The notes beneath the pieces were generated by a model. It searched no databases. It worked only from the letters and a program-made list of their open reading frames with translations, and was not told the DNA's origin. From contig CACXHF010000315.1 of NCBI GenBank assembly GCA_902767305.1, positions 1-53,461 of the forward strand: DNA of 53,461 bases, written 5' to 3'. Positions within the stretch are counted from its first letter, which is position 1, and each line of letters starts with the position of its first letter. The translations under genes were made by a program, and so were the position numbers. Origin of the DNA: an uncultured Eubacteriales bacterium. GTDB lineage: Bacteria; Bacillota; Clostridia; Christensenellales; Aristaeellaceae. This document shows positions 48,706-53,461 of this stretch, one piece after another.

Positions 48706-49456
48706 TTTTTCCTCCGGAAACATACACAGGATACTCCCCCGGTGACTGCAGCATCCGAAGGGACCCCATGGTCTTGTCCAGCTCATGCTGGAGATTTACG
48801 AAGCGCTCCTCAATCACCTGGCGGAAACCCATGGCATTAAAATAGGCCGCACGGACAGCAGCCGTTGCCTGTGAACGGACATTCTCCGCATCATCCAGCA
48901 TTTTCTGGCTGGTATCCACCGCTTCCTGAACGATTTTCTGTGCCTTCTGATTGGCCTCCCCCACGGGATTTGACTCAATCATCTTTTCAAGCTGCCCGAT
49001 TTCCTTCTTCATGCTGGCAGCGCGCTGTCCGAGCTGTTCCGCCTGGAGCTGAGCAAAAGAGAGCTCTTCCTTCATGTTTTCCTGTTTCCGGCGTGCCTCC
49101 TCCAGCTCAGCCTGCAGACGTCTGTTTTCTGAAAGACATTTTCTGTTTTCCTCACTGGCACCGGCAAGCCGCTTTTCAAGGTTTCGAATCTCTTTTCGAA
49201 GCATCTCGGCATTCATCTGATCAATCCGGTGTACCTCCGCCGCACGTCCAAGCTGTTCTCCAAGGGCTGCTTTTTCCTGTCTTTCCCGTTCCGCCTGCTC
49301 CCGGAACGACTGACTTTCCTGTTCGGCCGCACGCCGTCTTTCTTCCAGTTTCGCCTCCTGAGATTCCATCTCCTGGTCCAGCTCCGAGAGATACCGGTCT
49401 ACCTCAGCTGCCTTGTACCGTCCGAGAAACTTTCTGAATTCTTTATGCTTTTTCAT
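48698..49456 (-). CDS. DivIVA-domain coiled-coil protein
   Basis: Start at MKKHKEF, after GAGG. The N-terminal FRKFLGRYKAAEVDRYLSEL matches the DivIVA signature F....(R)GY...EVD.FL. About 170 aa of heptad-rich Glu/Arg/Gln sequence follow. Confidence 0.7.
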   Translation of the reverse strand: MKKHKEFRKFLGRYKAAEVDRYLSELDQEMESQEAKLEERRRAAEQESQSFREQAERERQEKAALGEQLGRAAEVHRIDQMNAEMLRKEIRNLEKRLAGASEENRKCLSENRRLQAELEEARRKQENMKEELSFAQLQAEQLGQRAASMKKEIGQLEKMIESNPVGEANQKAQKIVQEAVDTSQKMLDDAENVRSQATAAVRAAYFNAMGFRQVIEERFVNLQHELDKTMGSLRMLQSPGEYPVYVSGGKSE

Positions 49457-49464
49457 TGTTAACC

Positions 49465-50478
49465 TCACAGCAGGAAATATTGAAACACGCGGGATTCATA
49501 GACCATAAAAATAAATGAAGCAATCATGGCAATAAAGAGGAATGTATTGATAAGAGAAAGACGTGGAGATCCGTTATCCGTCTTCTCTTCGTCAGGAATG
49601 GAGATCTCCTCCACCACATGCTCGGTTTCCTCAATCGGTCCAGGAGTCCAGAACTGCGTTCTATCCGGATCATAATAGGTATCCGAACTCCGCTTTTCCG
49701 CCGGAGCTGCTGCAGCCCTGACAGGAGTCTGCGGCGGCACAGAGGCCGGCTGACTGACCGGTGCCGCAGAATCTGCAGATGCAGACGTTTCCGTTCTGAC
49801 GGATCCGGCTGCATCCGAAACAGGCTCGAATGGCGTACTGACAGGTGCTGCTTCAGAATCTGCCTGCCTGTCTCTGGCCAGTTTCTCTTTGCTGTCCGCT
49901 GACACAGGCTGCAGTTCTTCCATCAGGTCACGCCTGTCCGGAGAAGCAGGTCTTACAGAATCTACTTCGTCATTCCGAATAAAAACATCCGTATCCGCTC
50001 CAAAGTAATCGCTGTATGAAACGTAATGAGCCCGTTCCTCCCTGCGCCGTCGCTTCCTGGAAACCGTATTGCTCCGATCGGATTCCTCTGAAAGCTGCAA
50101 ACTCCGCACACTCACCTTATCATCGTATGAAGGTTTTTCGTGATTCCGACGGTATCCCTCAGACCTCTGAATCGTGCTTCTTTCCGGAATGCTGTCTATC
50201 AGCATATGACGTTCGGCATATTCCTTCAGCGATTCTGTGCTGTCCCCTGTGATGCTGAAAATCAAGCATGCCTGTGCGCGGATGAAATAGGTCATATTTT
50301 CCGCTGGAGTTTTGTTTTCATACTCCCTGCGAAGAGACGCCAGCACTACATCGGCCAGCATCATCTGTGTATCTGTACTGTCCGTCCATTTGCCGGCTTC
50401 CTCAAGTGCAAGAAGCTGCCACTTTCTGCGAAATTCTACAAAATTCTCATGAATCGCCAGTCCGTTCACATTACTCAT
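49465..50478 (-). CDS. tail-anchored protein: N-terminal domain of about 100 aa, a long disordered Ser/Pro/Ala/Asp-rich linker, and a C-terminal TM helix
   Basis: 337 aa. The only hydrophobic segment is at the extreme C-terminus (LSLINTFLFIAMIASFIFMVY). No family was recognised. Confidence 0.6.
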   Translation of the reverse strand: MSNVNGLAIHENFVEFRRKWQLLALEEAGKWTDSTDTQMMLADVVLASLRREYENKTPAENMTYFIRAQACLIFSITGDSTESLKEYAERHMLIDSIPERSTIQRSEGYRRNHEKPSYDDKVSVRSLQLSEESDRSNTVSRKRRRREERAHYVSYSDYFGADTDVFIRNDEVDSVRPASPDRRDLMEELQPVSADSKEKLARDRQADSEAAPVSTPFEPVSDAAGSVRTETSASADSAAPVSQPASVPPQTPVRAAAAPAEKRSSDTYYDPDRTQFWTPGPIEETEHVVEEISIPDEEKTDNGSPRLSLINTFLFIAMIASFIFMVYESRVFQYFLL

Positions 50479-50495
50479 CGTCTACCTCGTCGGAT

Positions 50496-51818
50496 TCACA
50501 GCCTCCAGAGAATCATATTCTCCATCTGTTCAAAATCATGCCGATCGAACATGCCCTTTACATCAATCAGAACACGGCAGGCGTTGGTACTCCCTTCGTA
50601 AAACGCCAGTACATCCTCTTTTGACAGCATCCTGTACTGATCATGGGAAACAGCCGCAATCAGGCAGTCCACACCGTGCAGACCTGACATATCTGTCAGT
50701 TCCAGCCCATATTCTCTTCGCACTTCTTCAGGATCCGCCATAGGATCGCAAATAATCGGCTTCACATTGTATTCTTTCAGTTCATCAATGATGTCCACTA
50801 CCCGGGTATTCCGGATATCCGGACAGTTTTCCTTGAAGGTGAGTCCCAGAATCACCACTTTGGAATGACTTGGTGCAAGTCCGGCCCGAGACATCTGACG
50901 AATCGTGGCACGTGCTATGAATTTTCCCATTACATCGTTAACTCGTCTTGCGGCCATTACAATCTGATCGGTAAAACGCTGTTTTTCCGCTTCGTAGACC
51001 AGATAGTAAGGATCCACGCCGATACAGTGGCCGCCCACCAGACCAGGACGAAACCCCAATGCGTTCCATTTGGTATTCATTCCATCAACAACCTCATTGG
51101 TATCGATATCAATGAGATCAAAAAGCATCGCCAGCTCATTCATGAACGCAATATTGATATCCCTCTGGCTGTTTTCTACCAGCTTGATTGCCTCTGCCGT
51201 CCGGATGTTGGATACCGGATATGTGCCTGCCTCAATGATCAGATCATATGTAGAGCGGATCACATTCAGGGATTCAGCATCCATTCCAGAGACAATTTTT
51301 CGGATGTTTTCAAGGCGGTGAACACGATCACCGGGATTGATTCGTTCCGGTGAATAGCCTACCTTGAAATCCCGGCCGCAGATAAGTCCCGATGCCTTTT
51401 CCAGAATCGGCACACAGACATGTTCGGTCACACCCGGATAGACTGTTGATTCGAAAACAACGACTGCCCCTTTTCTTAAATGCCGTCCGACAATCTCACT
51501 GGCCGACTCAACCGGCCTCAGATCCGGTTTTTTATCATCAAAAATCGGCGTAGGAACAGCTACAACAAAAAAACCGGCTTCCGAAAGACGGTTCTCATCA
51601 CTGGTAAATTCCACTTTCGTTCTGCGAATTTTCTCGTTTCCCGCTTCCATTGTCGGATCAATTCCGCTTTGATACAACGCAATTTTCCGGGCATTCACAT
51701 CAAATCCGATGACACCCAGATGCTCTGCAAATGCCAATGCCAGCGGCATGCCCACATATCCCATTCCAACTACTGCCAGCTTGCACTCGCCGGAGAGCAG
51801 CTGCTCATATAATCCCAT
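50496..51818 (-). CDS. nucleotide-sugar 6-dehydrogenase of the TviB/WbpO/CapL type (UDP-N-acetyl-aminosugar dehydrogenase)
   Basis: Motifs: Rossmann VVGMGYVGMPLALAF; IGFDVN..KI..L..G.D; YSPERINPGD; catalytic LVGGHCIGVDPYYL. Confidence 0.85.
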   Translation of the reverse strand: MGLYEQLLSGECKLAVVGMGYVGMPLALAFAEHLGVIGFDVNARKIALYQSGIDPTMEAGNEKIRRTKVEFTSDENRLSEAGFFVVAVPTPIFDDKKPDLRPVESASEIVGRHLRKGAVVVFESTVYPGVTEHVCVPILEKASGLICGRDFKVGYSPERINPGDRVHRLENIRKIVSGMDAESLNVIRSTYDLIIEAGTYPVSNIRTAEAIKLVENSQRDINIAFMNELAMLFDLIDIDTNEVVDGMNTKWNALGFRPGLVGGHCIGVDPYYLVYEAEKQRFTDQIVMAARRVNDVMGKFIARATIRQMSRAGLAPSHSKVVILGLTFKENCPDIRNTRVVDIIDELKEYNVKPIICDPMADPEEVRREYGLELTDMSGLHGVDCLIAAVSHDQYRMLSKEDVLAFYEGSTNACRVLIDVKGMFDRHDFEQMENMILWRL

Positions 51819-51936
51819 TTGTCGGGTTCACTCCTTTTGACTGTCCGTCTGATGGACCGGTTATATCTTTCCGTTCTCCCGACTGCCGGCGTCCTGATGA
51901 CATCCGGCCTGTCGAAGCCCGCATCATGATAATTCT

Positions 51937-51965
51937 ATCATAATCCCCCAGATGCTGTTTATCAA
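51937..51965 (-). promoter_or_regulatory. candidate sigma-A promoter of the polysaccharide operon
   Basis: On the minus strand, TTGATA (51960-51965), a 17-nt spacer, then TATGAT (51937-51942), about 115 nt upstream of the dehydrogenase ATG. Confidence 0.35.
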
Positions 51966-52230
51966 TGGTTCAGGGACGAAAAGCCTGAAAATCGGGACAA
52001 ACTCAACAATCATCCCTTTTTTTCGCTGCACCTGCTCTGCACTAACGTTCGCTCTGGCAGGTACTTTCATCTTCTCGATCCTGAGAAATCCCGTTGGATA
52101 TCCTGTATCTGTATAATAATCTCCCGGCGATATCCTTCCCAAATATAACGAAAGCCAAAGTCATTACCGACTTCAGCTTTTCGTATTTGACAGAAAATGT
52201 ACTCTCTTCGGAAGAAACTGAACGTTTCTG

Positions 52231-53247
52231 TCAGAATACCGTCACTTCGCCGCGTAAACTCTTCTCCATTTTAGAACGGATTTCCTGAACAGTCAATCCC
52301 CGGCTGAACAGATAATACAGCTTTGCTACAGCCGCTTCAGTTGTAATATCATATCCGCTGATCGCTCCTGCCTCTTTCAGTGCACTGGATGTTTCATAGG
52401 CACCGAGGGATACCGTTCCATGCGGACACTGGGAACAGACAATGATAATGGTTCCGTTTTCACAGGCTTTACGGATAATGGGCAGCAGTGAATCAGCATG
52501 TCTCGGGATATTTCCCGCGCCAAAGGTTTCAATGACGATTCCTTTCAGTTTTTCTGTCATGATTGAATCAAAGAGTTCAAACTGAATTCCCGGGAAAACC
52601 TTGATTACTCCAATAGGAATGTTCACCAGCCGTTGAAGAGAAAAGCCTTCCTCGCATGGCGGCAGAAGAGCTGCATGATGATAACGGATTTCAATTCCCG
52701 CATCCGCCAGCACAGGATAATTCGGCGATTCAAAAGCAATGAGATCGTCTGCCGAATACTTAATCGCCCGGTTTCCCCGGAGCAGCTTTCCTCCGAAATA
52801 CAGACACACCTCATGAACGAAACTGCCTGCGGCAATCAGCAGTGCCGTGATCAGATTATCCCGTGCGTCATTACGGACTTCACACAGAGGAATCTGCGAT
52901 CCGGTCAGAATCACCGGCTTGTTGTTTTTCCGGAGCATGAATGACAGGGCTGAGGCCGTATAGGCCATCGTGTCCGTTCCGTGCAGTACGACAAACCCAT
53001 CATAAAGATGATACTGACTGGCGATCCGTTCACCGATGGCATTCCATTCAAAGACAGTAATGTTGGAGGAATCCAGAAGCGGGTCCATATCCACCATATC
53101 CCACTCAGGCATGACCGGTGCTGACAGTTCCGGAATCTGCTTAAGAAGCTCGTGAAACGCTTCCCTCTGCGGGGCATACCCATGCTCTGTCCGGATCATT
53201 CCGATGGTACCACCCGTGTTAATCACAAGAATTCGTTTCCTGCTCAT
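52231..53247 (-). CDS. ansA: L-asparaginase, type I
   Basis: 338 aa with VINTGGTIGM (catalytic Thr) and HGTDTMAYTASAL. Confidence 0.9.
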   Translation of the reverse strand: MSRKRILVINTGGTIGMIRTEHGYAPQREAFHELLKQIPELSAPVMPEWDMVDMDPLLDSSNITVFEWNAIGERIASQYHLYDGFVVLHGTDTMAYTASALSFMLRKNNKPVILTGSQIPLCEVRNDARDNLITALLIAAGSFVHEVCLYFGGKLLRGNRAIKYSADDLIAFESPNYPVLADAGIEIRYHHAALLPPCEEGFSLQRLVNIPIGVIKVFPGIQFELFDSIMTEKLKGIVIETFGAGNIPRHADSLLPIIRKACENGTIIIVCSQCPHGTVSLGAYETSSALKEAGAISGYDITTEAAVAKLYYLFSRGLTVQEIRSKMEKSLRGEVTVF

Positions 53248-53333
53248 ACGCTTCCTTTCAATGCGTCACAGGCCGACATTTTGATCGGCCGTGCCGATTT
53301 GCCTCCGAAAAAATCTGCCGGATTCCATGCATT

Positions 53334-53461
53334 TCAGGCATTGTTCGCTTTTTCGAAGAGCATCCGATCATTATCAAATTTTTCATGCGTTGAACTTGAG
53401 TACATTTCAAGCAGCGTATCCGTTGTCATATTCACCCGCTGTTCACCGGAAAGATCAAACA
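53334..53461 (-). CDS. 3' end of an unidentified gene running off the window
   Basis: The frame is open from the window edge and encodes ...FDLSGEQRVNMTTDTLLEMYSSSTHEKFDNDRMLFEKANNA, with a TGA at 53334-53336. It is too short to assign. Confidence 0.3.
   Translation of the reverse strand, partial: FDLSGEQRVNMTTDTLLEMYSSSTHEKFDNDRMLFEKANNA

Noticed and set aside
51819-52230. A c-di-GMP riboswitch, or a real 72-aa gene (51924-52142, minus strand), in the 412-nt region upstream of the EPS operon.
   Set aside because: I could not find the GEMM-I or GEMM-II conserved cores (for example the ...ACGCAAAGC... element). The 72-aa ORF has no ribosome-binding site or recognisable motif, and it spans the predicted promoter. 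An Infernal scan would be decisive.
1-53461. CRISPR arrays, tRNA or rRNA genes, integrases, transposases or prophage blocks anywhere in the window.
   Set aside because: I saw no regularly spaced direct repeats, no tRNA-like T-arm/acceptor patterns, no rRNA-like segments, and no ORFs with recombinase or transposase motifs. Absence judged by eye is not proof.

Overview
The window reads as a Firmicutes/Clostridia-type chromosome segment. This call rests on gene content, AGGAGG-type ribosome-binding sites, a T-box leader and the cmk-plsC-ispH-rpsA synteny; it is inferred, not searched. Most genes lie on the minus strand. Recognisable core genes are nagB-nagA, ftsH, rpsA, ispH, plsC, cmk, nth, manA, a phosphogluco/phosphomannomutase, T-box-controlled tyrS, dnaX, an aldo-keto reductase and ansA.

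Several less ordinary elements sit among them:

- **Exopolysaccharide operon (40674-51818, minus strand, about 11 kb, eight tightly packed genes).** It is built around a HasA/NodC/chitin-synthase-like processive GT2 synthase with an N-terminal PilZ-like domain. Also present are a TviB/WbpO-type UDP-N-acetyl-aminosugar 6-dehydrogenase, four CE4 (NodB) deacetylase-like modules of which only one keeps the catalytic motifs, a GH18-like hydrolase, an SGNH module, a DivIVA-domain coiled-coil protein and a tail-anchored disordered protein. This is my best candidate for an undescribed system.
- **Hsp70-like pair (9528-12271).** An Hsp70/actin-fold ATPase carrying a C-terminal glycine-rich membrane hairpin is translationally coupled to a two-TM protein with a GrpE-like C-terminus, directly downstream of ftsH.
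- **c-di-GMP genes.** A 7TM HD-GYP protein with a duplicated C-terminal domain, a GGDEF(GGDDF)-EAL-PAS protein, and a membrane GGDEF gene broken by an in-frame TAG.
- **Three ORF-disrupting lesions.** The TAG in the GGDEF gene, a TAA splitting a tandem XRE-HTH regulator, and a 1-nt homopolymer frameshift that destroys an LPXTG-type sorting signal.

I found no rRNA, tRNA, CRISPR array or intact mobile element. Every family assignment comes from motifs read by eye in the supplied translations; no database search was run.
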